DNA from: an uncultured Alphaproteobacteria bacterium
GTDB taxonomy: Bacteria > Pseudomonadota > Alphaproteobacteria > Rhizobiales > Beijerinckiaceae
Assembly (NCBI GenBank): GCA_963756955.1
Contig: CAVWPU010000009.1
Span: 32,434-96,433, forward strand
Direction: 5' to 3'
Length of the DNA: 64,000 bases
Under the pieces are notes generated by a model. It made no database searches. It had not been told where the DNA came from and saw nothing but the letters and a program-made list of their open reading frames with translations. Both the position numbers and the translations under genes were made by a program. Of this stretch, positions 47,497-56,867 are shown piece by piece. The stretch's first letter is position 1. Every line of letters begins with the position of its first letter.

Positions 47497-48403
47497 CTAA
47501 CATCCTTTTATAGCTGTCCCGAAGATGTCGGCGTTTTCACGATTGTTATACCGGAACTGGAATTCAGCGACGTAAAGATGCAAATATTTGCGGCTGACCT
47601 TGTGGTAGGTGCCAACAACTCCGCGCTTGAGTATGGACCAGAAGCCTTCAATCGTATTCGTATGAACCGCGCCGACAACATGTTGGCCAATGGTGTGGTC
47701 AACCGATTGGTGCGGGAAACGGTGCTTCAACCGCACGTAGCCGGGGTAAGAATCGGTGCAAAGGAGGCTCACGCGGTTCGAGACTGTCTCCCGAACGAAG
47801 GCTTCAAGTGTCTCACGGCTTGTGTTTTCGACAACGCGAGCAACGACGTTGCCCTTGCGCTTAACTGCCCCCACGACGGCAGTCTTCCCGGTGGCGCCTC
47901 GCCCGCGTGTTCCGCTTTTCTTGTCCCAATGCCGGTTCTTGTCGCTTCCGCCGACGTAAGTTTCGTCAACCTCGACAATGCCGCCCAACTTCTTAACGTC
48001 CTCGACCATGGCAGTTCTAATCTTGTGGCACATAAGCCATGCCGTCTTGTAGGAGCCGAAGCCCATATAGCGGAAGATTTGGAGGGCGCTCATGCCCTTC
48101 TTGCTGACCAGCATAAGGTGCGCGAACTCGGAACCAGTCTTTCAACGGCTTATTCGTGTTCTCAAAGATTGTGCCGGTCAAGTGCGAGAAACGATAACCT
48201 GTGGAGCCGCCCGGAGCGCACTCAGTGCATTGCCAATGGTGGCCAGAGGCGAGCGCATAGACCTTGGCATTACCGCAGCGAGGGCAGCAAACGCCCTGTG
48301 GCCAGCGACGCGCAAGGAGATAAACAATGCAATCGTCCTCAGTCTTAAACAGCGCGTCGAATTGGGGCGCTGTCATCTGATGGACTGCTTTGGGGCGGGA
48401 CAT
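47497..48403 (-). CDS. IS1595-family (ISXO2-like) DDE transposase (frameshift ~48125)
   Basis: Zn ribbon CPRC...CTEC, GIVEVDETYVGG, LCTD, HTNTIEGFWSILKR, YVAEFQFRYN. Confidence 0.92.
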
Positions 48404-48531
48404 GCCAAATCTCCTTCAACTGCGGAGACCTTCGCATGAAATCGAACTTATGTCAAGTCGGGGATAATCGCCTTCTTGTTTGAATCGCCCGTAACGCATT
48501 GAGAAGTCGAGATTCGAAAAAATAAACGCTA

Positions 48532-49583
48532 GAGCGCCGGATTGTCAGATTGAATTGGGAAGGGATTCCCCGGCGACTCGGTTTGTGATTCATTTCCGCG
48601 AGGAGGTGATTTGCGATGCCGAGAGCTTATTCGCGGGATCTTCGCGAGCGCGTTGTGGCCTTTGTCGGTTGCGGCCACTCGCGGCGGGCGGCCGCGGCGC
48701 ATTTCGATGTTTCGCCATCGTTTGTCATCAACTTGATGACGGCGTACCGGGCGCGAGGCAGCCTCGCGCCCAAGCGGGTTGGCGGACGCAGGCACGCCAA
48801 GCTCGATCCGCATCGCGTTTTTCTGCTGAGGCGGGTGGCCGAGAAGGACGACATCACGATGCCCGAACTGGCGGGCGAGCTTGAAGCGGCGTGCGGCACG
48901 CGGGCCGATCCCGCCTCGATCTCTCGCTGGCTTATTCGCAACGGCTATCGCTTTAAAAAAAACGCTTCTGGCCAGCGAATGCGATCGCCCCGATATCCGC
49001 CAGGCGCGAGAGGAATGGCGGACTGAGCGGCAGCCCGGGATGCGGCTCGAGCCGCAAAGGCTGGTCTTCCTCGACGAGACCGGAACCACCACGAAAATGA
49101 CGCGCCTGCGCGGACGTTGCCTGAAGGGCAGGCGCCTCCGGTCCAAAGCCCCTTTCGGCCATTGGAAGACCCAGACCTTCGTCGCCGGATTGCGTTGCGG
49201 CGCCCTGACCGCGCCCTTCGTCATCGATGCGCCGATGGACCGCAGAATCTTCGAAACCTATGTCGAGACCCAACTCGTCCCAACCCTCGAAAAAGGCGAC
49301 ATCGTCATCATGGACAATCTGCCCGCCCACAAAAGCCCAATCGCCGAGAAGGCCATTCTTGACCGGGGCGCACAGGTTCTGTTTCTGCCGCCCTACAGCC
49401 CCGATCTCAACCCGATCGAAATGGCCTTCTCAAAACTCAAGGCTCATCTGCGCGCCAGGGCCGTCCGAACAATCGACGAACTCTGGAAAGCCATCGGACA
49501 AATCTGCGACCTGTTCCAACCCGAAGAGTGCAAAAACTACTTCACCGCCGCAGGATACGGATTCACGTGAGCGTCCGGCGCTC
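48532..49583 (+). mobile_element. IS630-family insertion sequence
   Basis: Ends GAGCGCCGGA...TGAAT and ATTCA...TCCGGCGCTC, flanked by duplicated TA (48530-31 and 49584-85). Confidence 0.92.
48616..49570 (+). CDS. IS630-family transposase, two frames joined at an A8 run (48955-48962)
   Basis: MPRAYSRDLRERV HTH region; LVFLDETG, VIMDNLPAHK, LPPYSPDLNPIEMAFSKLK. Confidence 0.92.
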
Positions 49584-49777
49584 TAGTAAAAGAAAGCGAA
49601 TTTACTAACGTTTATGCTCGTTTATTGGCGTTTACTTCCGTTTGATTGCGCCGAACTCGCGCGCTGGTTGCATTGCTCGCGTTAAGCGACGGCTGTGCGC
49701 CCTGTTAGCCTCTAGCCTTACGACGGCCGCGGGGGCACTCTCTGAGCCGGATTACGGCTCGCAGAAGACTGACCGCC

Positions 49778-50825
49778 ATGAACGCTCCCATCCTTCGCCT
49801 GACCGCGCTCGCCCATGGCGGCGGTTGCGGCTGCAAACTGTCGCCTGCCGTCCTGCGCGAGCTGCTCGCCGACCAGCCGGCGGCGGCGCCCTTCGCCAAT
49901 CTTCTCGTCGGCACGGAAACCGGCGACGACGCGGCGGTATGGCGGCTTGATGACGAGACGAGCATCGTCGCGACCACCGACTTCTTCATGCCGATGGTCG
50001 ACGATCCGTTCGACTTCGGCCGCATCGCCGCGACCAACGCGCTCTCCGACGTCTACGCGATGGGCGGCAGGCCCATCTTCGCCCTCGCGATCCTCGGCAT
50101 GCCCATCAACAGCATGCCGACAGCCATGATCCGCGAAATTCTGCGCGGCGGCTCCGCCATGGCGGCGGAGGCGGGCATCCCCGTTGCGGGCGGCCATTCG
50201 ATCGATTCGCCCGAGCCGATCTACGGCCTCGCCGTCGTCGGCCTCGTTCCCACGAAAGCGCTCAGACGCAATTCGGAAGCGCGGCCAGGCGACGCGCTGA
50301 TCCTCACCAAGCCGCTCGGCGTCGGGATCTATTCGGCGGCGATCAAGAAGGGCGCGCTCCCCGACGAAGGCTATCGCGAAATGCTTGGCTTCATGACGCG
50401 CCTCAATGTCATCGGCGCAGAACTCGCGCGAATGAGCGAAGTTCACGCGATGACCGACGTCACCGGCTTCGGCCTGCTCGGCCACGCGCTCGAAATGGCG
50501 CGCGGCGCCGGCCTGACCGTGCGTCTCCGCGTTAACGATGCTCCCTTGCTCACGCAGGCCGAAGCGCTCGCCCGCGCCGGCTTCGTGACAGGCGCTTCGC
50601 ACCGCAACTGGGCAGAGCTACGGCGAAGCTGTGTCCCTGCCGCCCGAATTCGAGGACTGGCGACGCCTGCTGTTGACCGACCCGCAGACCTCGGGCGGTT
50701 TGCTCGTCGCCTGCGAGGCTCAAAGAGCGCCGGCGATCCTCGCGCGCATCCGAGAAGGCGATCCTCGCGCGGTCGTCGTCGGCTCGGTCGAGGTCGGCGA
50801 TCCGATCGTGGCCGTCGTAGTGTAA
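49778..50825 (+). CDS. selD: selenide, water dikinase, Cys form (frameshift ~50615)
   Basis: [61 protein letters not shown]. Confidence 0.95.
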
Positions 50826-50833
50826 GCGCCGAC

Positions 50834-51103
50834 CTAAATCGGGGGGTCGCCGCGAAAAGCTATTGGCGGCCTGGACGACGGCGCGGTCGTTGCGTTTGCG
50901 TCCGATTCGCCGCCGGATGGCGTCATGCATCCATTGCCGTCCGAGCCATTGGCGCCGCTCCCCAGCCACGGCGTGCGCAGGCTGACTTGAGCGCCCGGTT
51001 TACCCGCGCCAGCCAGCGTCTCGCCGCTGGTTTGCGCAAGCGCCAGACTGGGGACGAAGAAAAATGCGATCGTTCCGAAAGCTTTAGCTTTCATCGTAGC
51101 CAT
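50834..51103 (-). CDS. small hypothetical secreted protein
   Basis: Signal-peptide-like [20 protein letters not shown]; fills the selD-selB gap. Confidence 0.4.
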   Translation of the reverse strand: MATMKAKAFGTIAFFFVPSLALAQTSGETLAGAGKPGAQVSLRTPWLGSGANGSDGNGCMTPSGGESDANATTAPSSRPPIAFRGDPPI

Positions 51104-51251
51104 TGCTCTTTTTCTCTCTGAAAAGCCCCGGGCAAAAGTAACACCATTTCTGGCCGGCGCGTGTGACAGGGGTCACAATCCGACGCCCTAAGAGGGGCGC
51201 AATCAACAAACGGGAGGGTCAACCTGCAATCGTCGAGCCAGGGCTGAAAGG

Positions 51252-53330
51252 CTACGGCGGTTTGAGGCCAGAAGCTCCAAACGGTGTTGGCGGAAGAGAG
51301 TGGGAGTCGAACCCACCTGAGACAGGCTCGCTGCCCCACACGGATTTGAAGTCCGGGCGCCCCACCGGGGACGATTCTCTTCCATCGGCGCCTCCAAGGC
51401 CGCCGTCTGATCCGAGCAAGTCCGGCCGATGCGGATTGATGCGACGCATATCGCCCCGGCGCAACGTAACCCCAAGGCGGTCGAAGAAGTCGAGGATTTG
51501 GATCGCGACCTTGCGGCCGTTCCCCATGCAGTCACGAAACTCGCCCGCCGAAAAGGCGCCGCCCTCCCGCCTATCTGATAGGTCGGCCGCGATCGCCGCC
51601 ATCTCCCGGACCGTCGAGCGGAGAAAGAAATGGTCGCGCGCTACCTCGTCTGTCCACCCCATGCGGTCGGCAAGTTTCAGCACGCGCCGCACATTCGGCT
51701 CCGCGAGCTCCGTCACGACGGAAATGTCGCGCACTCTCGGCGGGCGGAAGCGCGCGTCGGCGCTGATGAGGGGTGCGATGACCTCCCAAGCCGCACCATC
51801 CTCTGGCGTTAGCCTTGCAACGTGCGACGGCAACCTGACAAAGGCCCCGTCGAGGACCAGCGCGCCCTTGCGGACGAGCTTCTGCACGGCGGCCTCGAAC
51901 GCCGGTTTCTGAAGCCTCGGTTGCGCCGTCATCCGCAACAACTCCCGGCCGACGCCCTGGCGATCTGGATATTCGGCGTGATAGGCCGCGGTCCCCGCCA
52001 GCATCGCGGAAAACAGTTGCTCCCACGCCTCCGACGACAATGCAGTATGAGATGCGCCCGATTCCAGAACGACAAGCTTGAGTTGCCTTGCGAGCTCATC
52101 GACCCGGGTCTGAGTTAGCGCACGGTCGCGCTCGAAAACGACAAGATCGGCGGCGAACGGCGCGACGGCCAAAAGGGCGGCGAGGGAAGCAGCTGGATCG
52201 GGAATCGCAAGCGCCGATCGCTGGTCTCGTCTCTCTGGGGTGCGCCTCTTGCGAGCCGGCGCGCGCAGATCGAGAAACACGCCCCCTCCCAAGGTCCGCT
52301 GAGCTGAAACGTCTCGCAGCACGAAGCGGTCATGCGTCGCCGCGGCGATCGGCCGATCGAGCACAAGCTGGACGTCCGCCAGCTCTCCCGGACTGATTGG
52401 CTTATCGCCGAGCAAAACGATGCGAGCGCCCACTTCGGCCGCCGCATGATGAAGGCGGACCGGGAACCACTGGCTGATTGGCTTTCGTTCGGTCAGTAGA
52501 ACGCGCAATCTTGCATCGATACGCTCTGTCGGCGCATGAAGCTCCGGATCAAGCGCGACATCCCCACGGCTCATCGCGCCCTTCTCGACCCCAGAGCCCG
52601 CAAGGTTGAGCGCGCAGCGGTCCCCAGCGCGCGCCATCTCGGCGGGCGCATTTTGCGCATGCAAGGACCTCACCCGAGCGCCGAGGCCGGAAGGGCTAAT
52701 CTGCACCCGGTCGCCAACACGAACCGACCCTGAAAGAATGGTCCCCGTCACGACAACGCCAACGCCAGCTAGCGTGAAGACGCGATCAATTGCGAGGCGA
52801 AAGCGCGTTCCAGGCGCTCGGTCGGCCAACGACCCGGCGGCCGTCTCGAGTCGGGAGCGCAGGACGCCCAACCCTTCGCCCGTTATCGCCGAGACCGGGA
52901 CGACATCGGCCTGCGCAAGGGTCGTGTCTGCAAGGATTGCCTTCATCTCCCGCGTAACATTAGCGATGCGCTCGGAGGAGGCCAGATCCGTCTTGGTAAT
53001 CGCCACGACGCCGTGACTAACTCCGAGCAAGTCGAGGATCGCGAGATGCTCAAGGGTCTGTGGTTTGACGCCATCGTCGGCCGCAACGGCCATGAGCGCG
53101 TAGTCAATTCCACTGGCGCCCGCGAGCATCGTGTGAACAAATCGTTCGTGGCCAGGTACGTCGATGAAGCCGATCGGCGCCCCGCCGCACGTAGGCATGA
53201 AGGAAAAGCCAAGATCGATCGTGATCCCGCGCGCTTTCTCTTCTTTCAGCCGATCGCCGTCGATTCCGGTCAGCGCCTTCACCAAAGCCGTTTTGCCGTG
53301 GTCGATATGCCCAGCCGCGCCGACGATCAC
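51252..53330 (-). CDS. selB: selenocysteine-specific elongation factor whose C-terminal extension reads through selC
   Basis: GHIDHGKT, RGITIDLGF, DVPGHERF, winged-helix end RKVAIQILDFFDRLGVTLRRGD; uninterrupted 692-aa ORF. Confidence 0.95.
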   Translation of the reverse strand: MIVGAAGHIDHGKTALVKALTGIDGDRLKEEKARGITIDLGFSFMPTCGGAPIGFIDVPGHERFVHTMLAGASGIDYALMAVAADDGVKPQTLEHLAILDLLGVSHGVVAITKTDLASSERIANVTREMKAILADTTLAQADVVPVSAITGEGLGVLRSRLETAAGSLADRAPGTRFRLAIDRVFTLAGVGVVVTGTILSGSVRVGDRVQISPSGLGARVRSLHAQNAPAEMARAGDRCALNLAGSGVEKGAMSRGDVALDPELHAPTERIDARLRVLLTERKPISQWFPVRLHHAAAEVGARIVLLGDKPISPGELADVQLVLDRPIAAATHDRFVLRDVSAQRTLGGGVFLDLRAPARKRRTPERRDQRSALAIPDPAASLAALLAVAPFAADLVVFERDRALTQTRVDELARQLKLVVLESGASHTALSSEAWEQLFSAMLAGTAAYHAEYPDRQGVGRELLRMTAQPRLQKPAFEAAVQKLVRKGALVLDGAFVRLPSHVARLTPEDGAAWEVIAPLISADARFRPPRVRDISVVTELAEPNVRRVLKLADRMGWTDEVARDHFFLRSTVREMAAIAADLSDRREGGAFSAGEFRDCMGNGRKVAIQILDFFDRLGVTLRRGDMRRINPHRPDLLGSDGGLGGADGRESSPVGRPDFKSVWGSEPVSGGFDSHSLPPTPFGASGLKPP
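51288..51383 (-). tRNA. selC: tRNA-Sec (anticodon TCA), nested in selB
   Basis: 96 nt with the 8/5 fold: acceptor GGAAGAGA/TCTCTTCC, T stem GTGGG/CCCAC, 6-bp D stem, loop CT-TCA-AA, long variable arm, G-CCA end. Confidence 0.96.
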
Positions 53331-54760
53331 GAGGATCCGTCCGCAGACAGATCCTCGGGCCCCCGGACCCGCACCAACTCCAAATGCGACAGATTGGACA
53401 GAAAAACGGCCTCTTCACTGAGACAGCGCAGATCGAGCACGAGATGGTCCCTTCCGATCCGCCCGATCACCGGGCGCGGCAGTTCGCGCAGCCGTGTCGC
53501 GAGCCGATCAAGCGCGCCTCCCCCTGCTTTCGAAGCAATTGCCAGTCCCGCACTCGCGAGGGTCTCGAGCGGAAGAGCGCCGGACCCGATCTGGCTTCGG
53601 CACTCGTTCACCTCCACCGTATATTCGTCGCCAATGGCTCGGGCGAGATGCGGCATCAACCGCTTCGCTTGCTCCTCGATGTCCCGTTGCGGGCGGGCGA
53701 GAAATCTCAAGGTTGGCAGGCGTTCAGCAAGCCGCTCGGGATCCCGATAGAGCTTTAGCGTCGCCTCGATGGCTGCTAACCGGATCTTGTCCACGCGCAG
53801 CGCTCGCTTCAACGGATTGCGATTGACGGCGGCGATCAGTTGGCCGTTGCCGACGATGAAGCCCGCCTGGGGTCCTCCAAGTAGCTTGTCGCCGGAAAAA
53901 GTGACCAGGTTGGCGCCGTCGGCCACAACCTCGCGCACCGTCGGCTCCTTCTGCAATCCGAATCGACTGAGATCGACGAGAGTCCCCGAGCCTAGGTCGT
54001 GCATGAGCGGAACGTTCGCCCTGCTAGAGATGAGGGCGAGCTCCGCCGTCGACACCTCGGAGGTGAAGCCTTGAATGCGATAGTTCGACGTGTGGACCTT
54101 TAGGATAACCCCTGTCTCGGGGGTCAGCACTGACCAATAATCTTTCGCATGCGTGCGATTTGTCGTTCCGACCTCAACCAGCTTGGCGCGAGCGCGCGTC
54201 ATAATGTCCGGCATGCGAAAAGCGCCGCCAATTTCTATGAGTTCACCTCGGGAGACGATCGCCTCGCGACCGTCTGCGAGCGTGTTGAGGCAGAGAAGAA
54301 CAGCGGCGGCGTTGTTGTTGACGACGGTCGCGTCTTCCGCGCCCGTGAGGTCGCACAAGAGGGCTCGGACATGGTCGTCGCGGTCGCCACGCTTACCCTC
54401 AGCGAGGTCAAATTCGAGCGCGACGGCGCTGCGCATAGCTTCCACCGAGGCTTCGACCGCCGCCTCGGCGAGCACCGCCCGCCCGAGATTTGTATGCAGC
54501 ACCGTTCCCGTCAGGTTGAACACCGGGCGCAGCACTGAACGATTTTCCTTCTCAAGGTAGACGAGAGACCGAGCGGCAATATGCTCAACGTTTGGCGCAA
54601 AGCACCCTCCGGCTTGCAACTGCGCGCGCGCGTCCTTAAGCGCGATGCGAATAGCATCCGTTGCGTCGGCGCGGCCAAAGCGTTCGAAAAGGGGTCGCGC
54701 CGCAGGCGAATTTAGAACCGCGTCAACCGCAGGCAGATTGCGCAGATGTCTGGACTTCAT
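53327..54760 (-). CDS. selA: L-seryl-tRNA(Sec) selenium transferase
   Basis: VFNLTGTVLHTNLGRA, VNNNAAAV, SRGELIEIGGAFRMP, VHTSNY, DLGSG, FSGDKLLGGPQAG. Confidence 0.96.
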   Translation of the reverse strand: MKSRHLRNLPAVDAVLNSPAARPLFERFGRADATDAIRIALKDARAQLQAGGCFAPNVEHIAARSLVYLEKENRSVLRPVFNLTGTVLHTNLGRAVLAEAAVEASVEAMRSAVALEFDLAEGKRGDRDDHVRALLCDLTGAEDATVVNNNAAAVLLCLNTLADGREAIVSRGELIEIGGAFRMPDIMTRARAKLVEVGTTNRTHAKDYWSVLTPETGVILKVHTSNYRIQGFTSEVSTAELALISSRANVPLMHDLGSGTLVDLSRFGLQKEPTVREVVADGANLVTFSGDKLLGGPQAGFIVGNGQLIAAVNRNPLKRALRVDKIRLAAIEATLKLYRDPERLAERLPTLRFLARPQRDIEEQAKRLMPHLARAIGDEYTVEVNECRSQIGSGALPLETLASAGLAIASKAGGGALDRLATRLRELPRPVIGRIGRDHLVLDLRCLSEEAVFLSNLSHLELVRVRGPEDLSADGSS

Positions 54761-55249
54761 AGGGCTCTTGGATGTTGGAGACCTGCGCTGAACAAGAGCA
54801 AGATTTCCGTTCCGGGTAAAGTCGCGCGGACGGCGAGCGAAACAACCCAGTCGAGAAAGTTCCGGCATTGCACCGCGAAAGCCTCTGAACCGTGTACGGC
54901 AAGCTCCGAAGCGGCGTTTACGAGAGCTATCTCGGCGGGCGCACGCGCAAGGTCATCTTCGCCTGCGTGCTTCGTGACAGACCCCGGGCGATAGCCGAAG
55001 GCCGGGACAAGAAGAGCCCAGCGGCCATGAGGGCGATCGCCCACCGCAATCAGCCTCAGAAGAAGTCCTGCAATTGCATTCGCAATTGGCCGTCGGCGCT
55101 GCGCCTGGTCATCTGCCCGGCGTTGCCGCTGTTCCAGACCTTAGCGGCGCGGGCGTCCTCGAGGTGCGCCAAAGGCCGCTTCGACCACCAAATCGTCGGC
55201 GGATTGATTGACAGCAAAGTTTGGAGACTTTCTGGAGAAGTCTCGCGAC

Positions 55250-55655
55250 GATGAGGTAAGCCTCGGCAACTTCGCGACGATCACGCTGGGCGCTGGATCA
55301 ACCGTGCAAACGACGACCGACACGCACGGGAACGCCGGGGAATACCGCAAGGGCGACAACACGATCGAATTCAACGACAGCTCATCGCTCACCATCAATA
55401 CGGGTGCGTGGGTCATCGCGTCCGGACCAGAGACGACCAATCCGATCCGCTCGGGCAATTCGATTATCAACCACGGGCTGATTAAGGCGGGGGCGACTTC
55501 GGCGATCTTCTTCGAGAACGTCGGCACCTCCGCCGGGCGCAACAGCGTTGACAATTTCGGTACGATCGACGCGCGCGGCGGAACCAACCCCACGACGGGC
55601 GACCAGGCTATCGGCAGCTTCCAGAACGTCGGCATCGTCATCACAAACGATCCCT
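55250..55655 (+). pseudogene. internal fragment of a beta-helical adhesin/autotransporter passenger
   Basis: G/N/T-rich stretch (NTIEFN, IINHGLI, VDNFGTI) with no signal peptide and no beta-barrel. Confidence 0.45.
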
Positions 55656-55813
55656 CCCTGCATGTCCAGGTTGCCGAAGATAGAGGCCCCGGTCTCAGAC
55701 GCGTCGCCGATTTGACCCACTCGCTGTTGCATTGCGCGTGGCCGTTATTTGGGCATCGGGATTGGGAACTGCCTGGTTAATCATGGACACGGCAAGGAGC
55801 GTAGATAGAGTGC

Positions 55814-56080
55814 TCAGTGCTCATTTTGAGACTTCAATCGCTCTTTGAGTTTCTCGATAGCCTGTTGCCGTTGTGCCTCGTCGTCTGATGCAGGGGGTGG
55901 CGCGGGCGCTGGAGCAGGCGGACTCGCTTCATTGATAAATTCGCCCATCGGCCTCGGTTGGCAAGGTTGAGGAAAGGGAAAGTGCCAAATCGAAAAATGC
56001 CGGCAAGCCGCAGCATCGGACACGTCTGAAAGCGCAAGGGTGACCGCCGCCAAAGCTGTGGCTCTTACAAGGGTTGACAT
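55814..56080 (-). CDS. small hypothetical secreted Pro-rich protein
   Basis: Signal peptide, C-x14-C motif CRHFSIWHFPFPQPC, Pro linker, helical tail. Confidence 0.5.
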   Translation of the reverse strand: MSTLVRATALAAVTLALSDVSDAAACRHFSIWHFPFPQPCQPRPMGEFINEASPPAPAPAPPPASDDEAQRQQAIEKLKERLKSQNEH

Positions 56081-56299
56081 TTAACGACCAGCGACGATGG
56101 CGCTTTGCGCTCTTAGCTCTAGCTGCGCCCCAGGGGGCGGTCCAGGGCTCTTTGACCAGCATTGCGCTTCGGCCACTGGCTGTCATTCCGCTTATTGGCA
56201 GGGAACGCCAAGAACGCTGGGTCCTTGTTTCTTCGCCCCATCAATCCCACAGACTGTGCGGATCGCCCGGAAAAATTCGTGGATAATCGAAGCCGCGAC

Positions 56300-56475
56300 A
56301 GACCGGTCGGACCGCGATGCAGCCCTGGCTCATGCCGATGCTCTACGCGAGCGGCGCTGTGGTGGCCGGGCTCGCGCTGCTGCAAATCGAGCGGGGGCAC
56401 ACCTCGGCTCTGTCGGTGGCCTCGGCCCAGGCGCTGCTCTCGGCCGCGGCTTCGGGCATGACGGCTCTCGCGACA
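56300..56475 (+). pseudogene. N-terminal fragment of a DUF2254-like membrane protein
   Basis: QPWLMPMLYASGAVVAGL...LSVASAQALLSAAASGMTAL, cut off by the integrase fragment. Family recalled from memory. Confidence 0.35.
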
Positions 56476-56600
56476 TCGGTCGCCCAGTCGCGAAATGCGC
56501 TTCGGAATCCATGTGGCGTGAACTGGCCTGCGCCAAGTCGCCCCATTGCCAGCGTGAGCGCCATCGCCGACAGCGGCTGTTGAGCGCCCTCGCGATGGCA
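56476..56600 (-). pseudogene. tyrosine integrase remnant (P4-like catalytic segment)
   Basis: QPLSAMALTLAMGRLGAGQFTPHGFRSAFRDWA, containing the HxxR box, ~50 nt from the tRNA-Ser 3' end. Confidence 0.7.
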
Positions 56601-56651
56601 GTGGCTTAGCAGAGACAAAACCCTATGTCTTCAGACACGTAAACGGTACGG

Positions 56652-56741
56652 TGGCGGAAGGGGTGAGATTCGAACTCACGGTGAACTTGCGCCCACGGCG
56701 GTTTTCAAGACCGCTGCCTTAAACCACTCGGCCACCCTTCC
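56652..56741 (-). tRNA. tRNA-Ser(TGA)
   Basis: GGAAGGGTGGCCGAGTGG...CT TGA AA...GTTCGAATC...TTCCGCCA; 90 nt. Confidence 0.96.
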
Positions 56742-56867
56742 CCGCAGCCGGTGGTTTGCCAGATCGTCCAGCCCTCGTCCAGCATGAGGCGCGCGCCCGA
56801 GCCGCGCCGGGGCACGCGGCTTGCTTATCCGCCAGGCGCCCGACGCGCATTTCATCCGGAGCGATTG

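Larger units (their letters stand above)
46550..48472 (-). mobile_element. IS1595-family element with two passenger genes (transporter IS)
   Basis: 25-bp TIRs GGCGATTATCCCGCACTTGACATAA (46550-46574) and its inverse (48448-48472, 2 mismatches). 8-bp direct repeat TTCTTGTT at 46542-46549 and 48473-48480. Confidence 0.93.

Noticed and set aside
48951-48965. Programmed frameshift in the IS630 transposase
   Set aside because: One fewer A in the A8 run makes a single continuous ORF. Slippage cannot be told apart from homopolymer error here.
49778-49840. SelD as a selenoprotein
   Set aside because: The active-site motif is GGGCGCK with TGC codons; there is no UGA.
51288-51296. TGGCGGAAG shared with the tRNA-Ser(TGA) end as a possible att duplication
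   Set aside because: Explained by the similar acceptor ends of tRNA-Sec and tRNA-Ser; only 9 bp.
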